64,000 nucleotides of DNA from Amphiscolops sp. MND2022 (Eukaryota). The first letter of the stretch is position 1. Each line of letters opens with the position of its first letter. A program made the position numbers and the translations under genes. The notes beneath the pieces are model-generated. The model saw only the letters and a list, made by a program, of their open reading frames with translations, was not told the origin of the DNA and searched no databases. Below are positions 10,401 through 21,700 of this stretch, one piece after another. The stretch spans positions 51,400,001-51,464,000 of the forward strand of contig OZ076409.1 of the NCBI GenBank assembly GCA_964187785.1. The letters run 5' to 3'.

Positions 10401-12638
10401 TGCGATGCCTATATCGTCCACGTACTGGGCACACTGATCCGCTCTGATGACTTTGTCCAGGTATTCTCTCATAAAACTCGAGAATGCGGATAGTGACCGG
10501 CTAAGGCCTTGTGCCAGACGTCTGTAGGCGAATGTGCGACTGGCAAAATTGAAAGCCAACATTTCAATTGAACGTTGGTCGGCCATTGGTAGACAATGGT
10601 ATGCCTGCGAACAGTCTTATTTACAGAAGAGTTTTTTGCCTGCCAAGTGTTGGGCAGCATCAACCAAGGTGCTAACTGGGTGATTATTGTTTATATAATC
10701 ATCCGAGATGAGGTTGTTGATTTTTCTCAGGTCAACCAAAAGTCGTAGCTTTCCATTTGGTTTCTTTTGGGCGAATATTGGGCTGGCATACTTGGAGAAC
10801 GGTAAAGTGGTGATGATGCCATATTTGTGTAACATGGCTAATTCAACTAGGATGTCCTCCTTCAAATTGATAGGAGCTGGAAGACTTTGACTATAGGCTG
10901 GGGAATCGTCCTTAGGTGTCAGTTTCACCTTGAAGTCCTCGTTCATGCCTATATCGAATCGGTGTCGTGCAAAGATGTCGTGAAATTCCACTAACAATTC
11001 CTCTATTTTCTCCTTCTCTTCAGGAGTAAGGGTGGAATCTTTCCAGTCAAAGTTTTCTAAGAATTTTGCACGTGATTCTTCGTCTTTTGTGGGGTCAAGA
11101 GTCTCTAGGTCTTGTAAGGCCTGTAATTCTTGAAGGATTCGTTTTTGTATGGGTGTGTGTTCCTCAGGATTTCCAGGGTTTTCTGGAGTTGGGAACCAGT
11201 AATTTTCAGTGTTTTGTGGATTTCTGTTTGTCTTGATCAGGCTACTGACGTAATGGGCTGCTTGTTCTTGGTCGTTTTGCAACAAATGCCAGGTTGATGC
11301 CGGGTCTACCGGTTTGACGTATTTCATTTGCTCTGGCGTCATGACAGAGAAATTGGCAATATGGAGTCCCTTTTTGAGTTTATAGGGGTGGTCTGTGAAA
11401 TTATTCACAGGTATCGATATGTTGCCATCATTCAGAGTGACCAAAGCTGGGCAAAAGGTGATGTCGCCTTCTTCATGTAGAAGGTCGCTCGGTTGTAAAA
11501 TCCCAGTTACAGCGTTTTCAGGATACAGTAGGGAATTGGTCCTGATTAGGACTCTGTCATTCGGCGGAATGGTTATTTCGGTAGGGTTGAGAATTGGTTC
11601 TAGCACGTTTGAGTATTTATGGTCAGCTGTTTTTAGCTGCATTGAAAAGAACGGGAAGTTCAGGATTCCTTGTCTCATGTCCAGAACTGTATGATTTCTC
11701 TGCAGGAACATTAGTCCAATGATCGGTCCTGTTAAATGTTCCATGACTATAAAAATCTCATGAAACTCAATGTCACCAACTTCAAATTTGAGCTCTATGG
11801 TACTCTTAGGAGTTTCCAGTTGCCCATTAGCGACCATTATTTGGAAATTCGGAGGCGGGCCTTCTCGGATAACAGATTGTGGAGATAAAAGTCGGATTTT
11901 CCGGAGGTCCATTTCAGGAATTGCACTGGACAGCGCTCCAGTGTCGATGAGTCCGTCAATGGTCAATTCCCCAAAGTCCATTGGGAAATATAGCATGCGT
12001 TTCTTGCATTTCAAGTTTATGTTGGTTGACAGGGGTATACAGTCTGGTTCACCTTCTCTGGTAATGAGGATGTTTTGGAACTGACTTTCGTCAAGTAGTG
12101 ACTGTGGTATTGTTTCTTCTGGTTTGTCTGAGGTCTCGGTCCCTAAGGGGTTTGGGAACACCGGATGGCTTGTACCATCGTTCATCTGCCATGTTTCAAT
12201 CAATGCTCTGGTTTTCTTGTTGTGGGTGATTGGTGGGTTGTCATGGATTGATCTATTATAGAGTTCGATATCATCGATAACGTATTGGAATTGTAACAAA
12301 TCCTGGTTGTAAAGTTCGGTATCCCAATAGGGATCTCGTCCATAGTCAGGATCGATGTAGGTAGGGTTGTAGTTGTCTATCAAGGGAATGGGCCTGAATC
12401 GGCTATTGAAAGCGGATGTGTAATCAGGGTCCCATACAGGAATTGGTTTTTGGAACAAATGGGTATTATTGTAAGTAATAATGGTAGCTTTTTCCATTTG
12501 TTGCTGCCAGACAACAGAAGGATAGCCCATCAATTGTTGATTGTATTGGTGAAAAATTTGCGTTGGAGGGTCCGATCTGATGTATTGTCGGACAGATATT
12601 AGTTGGTTGTATTGGAGTCGTGGCGAAGTTAGTTTTTT
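7425..12638 (-). pseudogene. pol: Ty3/Gypsy pol (protease, dUTPase-like insert, RT, RNase H, integrase) with one in-frame premature stop at 10617-10619
   Basis: LIDTGA (PR), LRLLVDLRKIN and YVDD (RT), TDAS (RH), H..H..CEQC plus D-D-E and GPF (IN). ORFs 10617..12533 and 7425..10586 share a frame across FCK*DCSQAYH. Domain order PR-RT-RH-IN. Confidence 0.95.
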
Positions 12639-14350
12639 GACTCATCATTGGAAGATGAGGTTTGTGAGTTGGAAGATGTTGATTTGTTTTGTGGTTTCTG
12701 CGCCTTTGGATTGGGTTTACCGTCATTGGCATCATCTGGTCTGGTGCGTTTGGGTTTGAGATGTGCACCAGCTCCTTGCCAACATCTTTCTTCCGGGTGG
12801 TTCTTTTTACCACAAGTGCCACACTCCGGGTACGTCTTTTTCTGAGTCTGTTTGCCTTGTTGGGCATCTTTTTCTTTTTTCTTCTTCAATTTCTCGCAAT
12901 CTTTGACCATGTGGCCCTTTTCTTTGCAATAATTGCACGTTATATCACTCATCGGTACGTTGGAAGGAACAGTTTTTGTCTTGCCAATCGAAGATGTCAT
13001 TGATGCTATGGGCAGGTCGTCAGACTCTTCAAGTGCATTCAGTTCCAGTTCTCGCTCTAGATGAGCGACAATTTCATCGTAAGAGCCATTCTCTAGTCTA
13101 GCCATGTTGACTGATCTTTTGAGCTTTGGTGGCAGTTTTGCATATAGGAGACTGTCAATCATTTTTTGGGCATTGTCTCCGAAGGCTTTTTCTGCTCCTT
13201 GGTTAAGCTCTTCAAGAAAGTCTGGCAATTTGGTCGTGTTAGGGTCAAAGACTAGGCGATGCCATTTGTGTTTTGCCGTTGCCTGAGATTCAGGTTTGAC
13301 GTACTTTCGTCTGAAAATGACAAGTACGTCCTCAAGAGTTTGTCTATTGGCGTTGCTGATGTTTCTGAATGTTTGGAGTGCATTCTTTCGCAGCAAGGAA
13401 TGGAAGTCATTGATTTTCATTTGTTCGGTCATCTCAGGCTGCATCTTGATCATCGTATGGAATAAATCCTCAAACAGCTCGAACTTCTCACTTTTGCCGT
13501 CGAATGTCATTGTGTTGGAGTTGACTGGGCGGATAGTGAGTTGTTGGGCCGTTGGACGGTTCTGCATACTAGTCAAAACATCTGCTAGCCTGTTGATGGG
13601 GTCTTGTTCTGATGCCAGAGCGGGTCGTTCTTGTGCTGGGATCGTCGTGTCGAGCAGCGGAAGGTCATCACAGGATCTGTTGAGATGACTAGTGGATGGC
13701 ATTCGTCCTGTGAGAAACTCAGGAACTTCAATTGGAGATTCGTTTTCTCCTGTCACCATGTCGTAAGCACAAGTATCTGAGGTTGTGAATCCGTCTCTCT
13801 CACGATTACCTAGTGTCTTACTCTTCAAATTGTTTCTAGAGTCTGAATTACGCAGAACTTCAGAATATCCTTCCGGTCTCTCAGACGGAACGTTCCATCT
13901 CTCTCTGGTCATATGTCCGGACTCGGCCATAAGGGCATTTTGAATCTGAGGAAGAACTTGATTACTAATTGCTTCACTTATAGCTCTTTGAATCTGCACA
14001 CTGACGCTGTTCATCATCTCATCCATCTCCCGAGATATACGGGAATTCAACTCACTCGACAATCTGTTGATCTCGGCGTTAGAACTACCTCTAGCTGAGT
14101 TCTGGCCTAGTTCGGCATGTGGACTAGGTCCATCGTTCTCAGAGTTAGATAACCTATTTCCACCCTCATTTCCAAATTCGTCGCTAAACGGACTACCAGG
14201 TCTTCTGGCCTGGTTGCTATTTAGGCTCTCACTTCTTTCATTTCTATTATAATGGTTTCCTCCAAGCATTATGTCTAAATTCTCAATATCTGACAACATT
14301 TCTGCCTCTCTTGATTTTCTCGCTTTCTTTTGTTTCCTTGTGGTAGGCAT
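12629..14350 (-). CDS. gag: Ty3/Gypsy gag, 573 aa
   Basis: Intact ORF upstream of pol. Two CCHC knuckles, CNYCKEKGHMVKDC and CGTCGKKNHPEERC. Capsid-like region from TFDGKSEKFELFEDLF. Confidence 0.93.
   Translation of the reverse strand: MPTTRKQKKARKSREAEMLSDIENLDIMLGGNHYNRNERSESLNSNQARRPGSPFSDEFGNEGGNRLSNSENDGPSPHAELGQNSARGSSNAEINRLSSELNSRISREMDEMMNSVSVQIQRAISEAISNQVLPQIQNALMAESGHMTRERWNVPSERPEGYSEVLRNSDSRNNLKSKTLGNRERDGFTTSDTCAYDMVTGENESPIEVPEFLTGRMPSTSHLNRSCDDLPLLDTTIPAQERPALASEQDPINRLADVLTSMQNRPTAQQLTIRPVNSNTMTFDGKSEKFELFEDLFHTMIKMQPEMTEQMKINDFHSLLRKNALQTFRNISNANRQTLEDVLVIFRRKYVKPESQATAKHKWHRLVFDPNTTKLPDFLEELNQGAEKAFGDNAQKMIDSLLYAKLPPKLKRSVNMARLENGSYDEIVAHLERELELNALEESDDLPIASMTSSIGKTKTVPSNVPMSDITCNYCKEKGHMVKDCEKLKKKKEKDAQQGKQTQKKTYPECGTCGKKNHPEERCWQGAGAHLKPKRTRPDDANDGKPNPKAQKPQNKSTSSNSQTSSSNDESKN
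12632..12638 (-). promoter_or_regulatory. -1 programmed ribosomal frameshift slippery heptamer A AAA AAC
   Basis: Minus strand reads TCA AAA AAC TAA at the gag end. The -1 frame is open from here (KLTSPRLQYNQL...) straight into pol ORF 10617..12533 and is closed by TGA TGA just upstream. Confidence 0.85.
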
Positions 14351-14792
14351 TGAAACTAAACCGGGTTGAACAATTCAATTATTAAAACCGGAAAACTGAC
14401 AAACGTCGTTGTAAAATCAATCTTTATCAAAGCAAGGTTATGAAAAAAGTGTCTCCCTTTGCAGGAAAGTGACTATATATACTCCTGAAAGATGACACTT
14501 GCATTCCACGGATTCTTTGATCAAGATAATATCATGTGGTTATGTCCTCAACAGGTCATGTGACAAATACCATTACTGCATCGGGTATTAATACTTCAAA
14601 GCAACTATTTTAGGGTGATGTCCCGATTGGGAAAATTCCTAACATTTTACAATCACAACTATTCATTCATCAAAGGCGGCGTCAAAATATTTACTAGCGC
14701 ATCAAATGAAATTTCCGTCTATCAAAGGAACTCGTACTCATCATGAATATAAATAACATTGCATACATTCCTTTCTGGCACGTGCCACCACG

Positions 14793-15602
14793 TGATCTAA
14801 ATTAGCTTTGCAGCAGTGTGAAGCACCTCATGTTATTAGGCCCAATACGGCCAATTGACATGTTAATGGTTATATGCGTTGATTAACCGATTAGCCCCAA
14901 ATACATGTACTGCATCACTTTTCAAAGGAACGTAACAATTCCAATGGCCGGGAATAGCCGGCTAATTAATGGGCAAGTACTAATGAAATATGGCCTTAAG
15001 GGCATAGCAAAAGGTTGGGTATTAAAATGAAGCATCAGTTAAGAACAAAGATCCGGCTATTATGAAAACACAAACTCAACAAACATGATTTGTTACATGT
15101 CAAATTATCACCTTATTTCAATCTTGAACTAATGGGACGGAACCGGCCATTTGACCAGTGTACCAAAAGAGAATATTAAAAGCGCGGCAACTGGCCTTAC
15201 TCGGCCATTAATTAAATAGCATCAACAAACGAGATTGCATACTGCGATATGATTGGTTAAGGTAACGTGCTCAAGTGACGCTGCCGGTACATTGCCGTAC
15301 GTCACTTGAACTCGTTTCCTATACTGCCTTACAGTCGCTTGTTTCATTGTATTTTCTATCACTTTAAATTAGCGCCTTACAACTCCATCAACTCGATTGA
15401 AATTTCCAATTGTTAGATTTAACAGACTAATTGTATATAAAATGAGTGTCATCACTGATCATAATGCACAAAATAACAAAATGGCGTGAAAGTTTGATAT
15501 CAATTGTAAGTTCTTAATAAATAGGTAAGGTTCCGGGTACATATTCTTGACCAACTGCCGAAGTAGTTACCGTCGTGCCGTCACAGGCGGCAGCCTGCGA
15601 CA
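14793..15602 (-). repeat. Candidate 5' LTR (TGTCGCA...GATCA) followed by a possible tRNA-Leu-type PBS TGGTGGCA (14783-14790)
   Basis: TG..CA ends with a 2-nt gap to TGGTGGCA. A related terminus, cggcagcttgcgaca, recurs at 15966-15980. No second LTR is available for confirmation. Confidence 0.35.
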
Positions 15603-16372
15603 CCAACCTATGTTGGTTTTTCAGTACCATGTAACTTTTTTCATCTTTTTAACCAAAATCTCCTTTAATTTTTAAACAGGAACCAAGGGAATAGATGAAG
15701 GGTCATATCTTTGGGTACTTACGTCAATTCGCCAGTTTTTTGGAACCAAACTTTTTTGGGAAAGCAAAATATCCTGTGTCTTCTCTATACTGAAGGGTGC
15801 CCTGTATAATTTTTCTGTTGTAACAGTATTCGAAAAACATCACAGTACCGCTGCGCCTTTTGTTAATACATTGTAATTTGTGGAGTTTAAGTAAATGGGT
15901 TATGTATCCGGCAGCGCTTTTTGTGACGTCAACTAATTAAGATATATAATTCACGTCATGGCAAACGGCAGCTTGCGACAAGGCCGTTGTGATTTTCACA
16001 GAACAAAAAATGAACTACAAAATTTAAATTGATAATCAAGTTAACAACTACATGAAAACAAAAGCTGAACTTAATTTTGAAAGTATCATGCTTCTAACCC
16101 CTGTGAAAATGAACCAGAACAGATTTTTTATAAAGAAAATTTTACCTTTTGGAACAACATTTCCACCAATGATTCAATCATAGATCGTGGCAAAAAATTG
16201 CAGGCTCTTTTTTTGAAATGTTCTCCTCAGTTTTTTATTTTGTAACAGCAAACAAAACGGAAAAATGTGTCTTTTTTGGAGAAAGAGTATATAGTCTAAT
16301 TCAAAATGAAGCTCATTCTCCACGTCTCCTGTGTCGGCTTGCAATCTGCATTTAAAATGGAAGGATCTATAA

Positions 16373-16980
16373 TCATAATGAATTAATTTCAGTGTAACGT
16401 AATAAAGCATGGTAAGGATTATACCCAAAAGCCAAATAGTCAAATCGGTATGCAAAAATGAATGCTAATATTTTCTGTAGATCCAATGTCCTCAATGTTT
16501 TGACGTCATAACTGGACTTGTTCCTCACAAGGCTCTCATTGGTCTTCACATCTTCAACCTTGAATGGAACTTTTTCATGCATGTTTGTTAGATCATTTAT
16601 TATGTAATCCATATCTTGATTCATCGTTTCAGTTCTTCCTAAATAGGAAATGTTGAGAAAGCAAGGATCACAAATTGAAAGCTGTTTTGTAAAATGGACA
16701 TTACGAGTATCTCCTTCAACCAATATGTCGAAATAATGGTTCAGAGTCATGTTTGGGCCTTCTAGCCACCCTTTGCGTAATACTTTGTCGAAGAATCCAG
16801 AGAGGGCTCTGTCAAAGGGATCCCTAGTGAACATATAACTGAACTTTTGTTTATTCTTTTTTCGACCTCCATAAACTCGTGGGTTTGCCTTTGGCACAGC
16901 TTTGTCGAAAACAACGTGAATTTTTTCAACTGGTCCATCGTGAAACAAGTTCCACAGTATTCCTCCTCGGGTGCTCGTTC
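16373..16980 (-). CDS. Terminal exon of a carbohydrate sulfotransferase (Sulfotransfer_2, CHST8-14/HNK-1ST-like), paralogue A
   Basis: FTRDPFDRALSGFFDK (3'-PB motif), HF..Q..CDPC...YLGRTETM..D and YRFDYLAFGY. Acceptor ttttacag at 16981, phase 1. Confidence 0.88.
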
Positions 16981-18708
16981 CTGTAAAAAGTAGTTCGCTT
17001 ATTTTTAAGAAGTGAAAGTAATGAAAAATACCACGAACTTGAAATTAATCAGAAATGTTCATTGAAGGATTTATCTTGATAATTGAAGGTTAAATTAAAT
17101 TGTTAAATTTCGCGATATCAGCAGAAAAAAATAAATCGTTCCAAGCATCGATACACTGGTATCAAAAATTGAAAAAAAAAACTAAAAAGCTAACTTCAAC
17201 TCCGAACTGAAAAGTCCCATGAAATTTCACGAGAATTTTGACCTTTATTATGCAATATTTTGTCAGAGAAAACTGCTAGTGTCAATTGTGTAGCCTTGCC
17301 ATTGCTCTAAAACTTTTATTTAAAAAAATTTTCAAAATGGTTTTCTAGCCGAAAACAATTTAAATTTCGGAGTAAAATTTAGACGTTCGCGTATTTTGCG
17401 GAGTAATTTTGAAGGAGAATGTTTTCAAAAGGAAGGAGTTTCAAAATCGAAATATTAAAAAAGAGTCGAAGCTACAAAATTTGTCGTTACGACAAGTGGT
17501 TTGCGAAATGTTGAATGTCAAACGTCGAGAGATGCCAAAATTACAGAGTATACTACGTGATAGAACTTTACTTCTTCTCCTTTGTTTATTTTCGGCACTT
17601 TTTAGTGAAAGTTGGAAGCCTCTTACAGTGGCAAGTTTTTTTTTCTTCAGTCGCCCAGCAACGTCCTTGTTTGTAAATACTGTAAAGTTCACCAAAAAGC
17701 GCCTGTTGGAAGAAGCGATAGTCTAGTGGTTACAAAGTGTCGGTTTATCGCTTGGAGGCGGCGGGATTGATACAAATTATGAATGTGGGATTTTTGAGCG
17801 ACATTCTCATTTTTACCTAACGAATTTTTTGAGCTGATATGATTAATGTAAGATACGCCCTCCTTTTTTATCGGTGTAAATGTTTTCGGCTTCGAAAAAG
17901 TTTTTTTGCGAGTTCAAGCTCCTTTTTCGGCACAATGTGACTTTTGGAAACAATAAAATGTTTTTCCAAAAAGCTGTTTTTTTAATTTCTCAAAAATATT
18001 TGTTTTTTTTTGCTTCCTGTTGAGCAAAAAGCGGTTTTCGAGTCTTAAGGATATCCCTTCGGGCGTGTTTCGGCACTAAAAGCTGACAAAAAAGTTTCAC
18101 AAAAGTGTCCCTTTGCAATTTTTGCAAACCCTTCCTCTTTTTGAACTTCGGGCGCCGACTTGCGACTTGGGCCGTTCCCAGGACGTTGAAACAAAGACGG
18201 AGAGCATTGATGTGCGACTTTGTTAGTATACTAGCTCAAGAAACTGTTCGGAACATTCGGACACTTTCAAACGTTAATTGTTTAAAAAAGAGAAAGTGTA
18301 CCCTAGTCGAGATTGCTTGAAGTTTTTACATGCTGCATGCAAACATGCAGGCTAATTTTTTATAAAACATGGAAAATTCCGGGACCGTGCATGGAAACAT
18401 TTTGTAGGATTACAATGCAGCCTTCACTATTTGAATTAAAACTGAAAACAATTTTACTTCTTCGCCGCAGCGATCACTTTGTTTTCACGCGTAAGTTTCT
18501 CATGTAAGTACCTTATATAATCACCGTTAGCCAGATAGCACGCTGAATATGACGCTACTTTGAAACTTATAATGTGACTGAAATTTGTTTGCATTGAAAG
18601 CGCGGTAAAACTGATTAAGGTCTCAGCTGCTTTCAGAATTAGAACCGCGTCTTTATGAAACCTGCAAAACGTCGCGGCGCAGAATTGCCGCCAAATTTAG
18701 GATGCAGT

Positions 18709-21700
18709 TGTAACGTCCAGCAAAAGACGTCACAAAAATTCGATGAAATGTGCGATAGCAAAATTTCTAAATCAAGATGGCCGACCTGACAGGTACTTGA
18801 AATTGAAAAGGATGATGGATAATAGTGCAAAGACACCCCCCACCCAGCCCGAGAGAGAACACACCGCCATAGAAGTATCCCCAAATTGCCGTGTTGTGCC
18901 ATCTCCCTCTGAAGACGTCCCAGCTGTCAGCAGAACCCGAAGAATGGCTCAAGAGATGAAGAAACTCAGAAGTTTGCATATTTTGCATGTGCCACCTAGT
19001 AGGTCCAAGACCAAGGCTCGCTGACACTGACGCCTGATGTTTCGTCAGCCTGTTGTACCATATTTGTGATTTTTGTAGATGTTTGGCGATGTTTTACCCC
19101 TTATTTCACCCAGTTTAGACGTTATTCACTAATTAAATGTACTTTGGCTAAACCCCTGTTTTTGACCTCGGAGGTATGTAGGAACACGCAGGAGCATTAA
19201 GAATTGTTTTTACAGGCTTGTGGGACGTGTCCGGACTTTGAGAGCGCCGGCACGTTGCCTCGGAGCTCTAATAGAGGAGACTCCTTAGACAATTGGAAAA
19301 GTCCCTTTTAGGAGACCATTTTGGGATTAAGAACTAATGCCTACGGCTGTAGTAACACAACGGTCTCCTGTCTAAGCACCCTAGGCATTGTCCCACTTCT
19401 ATGATGTACTCTGCTAGGTGGCTGACGCTACATCTAGAATAGTTTTTATGGCGCCCCCTTTTTCCATCTTTTCGTCATAATAGGAGTTTTTCCTGCTTTC
19501 CGGCCCTGTTACGTACGGATCTAGGAAAATTTGTTGGAGAGTCCTAGATTGTTTTTATTGCCTTAGTCAAGCCTGGTAGGTTTTCTACGAACTGAATTCC
19601 TGCGTATCCTGCGTATTTCCGGGGTCTGAGATGAAAAATAACCGTTTAATTACAAAGTACCATTTCGACACCGTTTCTCTGTACCGAGATTAACCATCCG
19701 GCCTAATCGGATTTTGTTTTAAAGGGTTTTGTAGCCTCATTTCAGCTTAGTTGTAATGTACGGGAACTGCAGGGACGTGGTGTGAGCGCCTCCACTAGCT
19801 GTGACGACGGAGCGACGTCCTTCACGTCAACACCCCCTTAACCCCCTGGTGAACAACTGCAAGTCGACTGGGTTACAACCTCCCTCTTTGTTTTTGTGGC
19901 TTTAAAAGCCTATTCCCAGGCGTACCCTTAATAGTAAGAACTGCGAAAAATACCCACTGGGTATTCCGATCGTTTTCTGAAAAAACATAGCGAGTTATCT
20001 GTAACACCTGATATAGCTCGATTCTTGATACAGTTACTTTCAAAAGTCAAAATTTTTCAGAAGAAGGTACGGCCAGTGGGAATACAATAAAAACGTTCTA
20101 TCAGACCTGCCAGGTCAGAAACAGAAAAATTTGCTGGGCTAAATTGCTGAAACGTTGAAAAATTTAGCAATTTTTGTTTAAAATACATCAATTTTTCCTA
20201 AAAGACCAAAATTGGTGAGGGCGAAGCCTTGGGCGTGTGTTCCCAAGCTTTAAGACCGGCCCAAAAACAATGTACCTGAGCTTGGTAGTACAAAACACTA
20301 CTGCCAAGACGTTTTTCATACCCTTCCCCAATATAAATTGATAGTTTAACCCTTGACTTTCTTTTGTTATACATAGACCTGAGTAGAGGACCCCATAGAC
20401 CTGAGAGTTATAACCGTCAAAATTATAAATTGAAACAACCCCAGCCCCCTGAACAAAGTTGTTACACCTTGACATGTCACTGTTAGAATTATCCCGAACA
20501 TCTGGGAACCGAGAAATAAAAAGTTCTTAGGGAAAATACGTGTTTTTCATAATTGTTCCCAGAGCGTAAAAAGTGTAACTTGAAAAATTTTTGAGAGACC
20601 TTATTTGGAACCTGCCAGGTTTTGCTTGCCTATTTTCTGTTAGTATAGAGTATGAAATTGGAAACGCAGAAAACCGCGAGTGATTCCAACCAGTGGTTGC
20701 CGAGAAATAGCCAGAAACGCGCAATTTCAATGACAATATCGGGACATTGGAGTAGTGTTCCTGAGACAGGTCGAAATCTCTCCTGGTAGGAGTAGCCAAA
20801 AACGAATTACACCATCGTGTAGACCGCAAAAAGTTACGTTAGTGGTGTACTTTTCGTAGCGCTACCACTACTAGTGATTGAGAAATCTTAGCCGCAGTTT
20901 TGCTCAAAATTTGTACGAAATTGTCAAAAAAATCAAGTTTTATTTGAGCATATTGCTATACCTTGGATGTACCCCAGCACTAAGATTCTTGCTTTTTTGT
21001 ACGTACGGCACTAGATCCTGACAATTTGTGCATTTTGAGCAGCTTGCTACTGTCCAATTTGGAGAAATTGACAATTTTGTGAATTTTGACCCCAAAAAAT
21101 GACACATAGGGTACGTCATTGTTTTGTCAACTCGGATTGCAGAATATTAACCTGGGCACCCCGCTAATTTGTTTTTCTGTTACATGGGTATAATTCACGC
21201 TCGCATACAAGATTTCAGGTGGCTGGGACGCCTAGAAGGCGAGTTTGACCAACTTTTGTGAATTTCACGACATAGTCAAATTTTCTGTGAACATTGTTAA
21301 ATGACCGTAACACCCACAGAGTCAACTTCTACTCAATCGGCAGTAATGTTCCAACGATTTGGCCACAGCAGTTTACAGTGTTACATTTTCAGGTCGCTAC
21401 TAGCTCTAGAAGTGATTTTCACCTTTCCCAGGCGTGCATATTGGCGAAAAAATTGTCGATTTTGAGAAATTTTGCGAAAAATTGTACAGTTCTTGGAAGT
21501 GTAGTTGTAAGTGAGGGCTCCAACGACCCTAGTCCTACACCAGGCACCTATAACACGTCCTATTAAAGCACTTTGAATAGAGCTAGATCAACCCTAAGAT
21601 CTTGGGTTCGTCGAAAAACTGTCTACGAGACGTAGTAGCGAAAAACACAAAAACCTTGTTTCTCCCTTCAACAGCTATCAAAGTCATTTGAGTGCAATCT

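Larger units (their letters stand above)
1489..15602 (-). mobile_element. Ty3/Gypsy LTR retrotransposon with accessory cassette; 3' LTR not within the window
   Basis: gag-pol plus contiguous 3' region with no LTR or PPT directly after pol. Candidate 5' end TGTCGCAGGCTGCC at 15602. The left boundary is not seen. Confidence 0.75.

Noticed and set aside
12466..12867. 133-aa ORF overlapping the gag end as the gag-pol bridge
   Set aside because: It is the +1 frame and ends in a stop; the -1 frame is the one continuous with pol.
15590..15612. TGGTGTCGCAGG as the PBS with an LTR to its right
   Set aside because: There is a 5-nt gap to the next TG, the sequence to the right looks like unrelated AT-rich repeat, and the same ..gcgaca end recurs at 15980. 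It is more likely the LTR terminus itself.
17712..17775. tRNA gene (tagtctagtggtt A-box)
   Set aside because: No intact B box or cloverleaf; at most a decayed SINE head.
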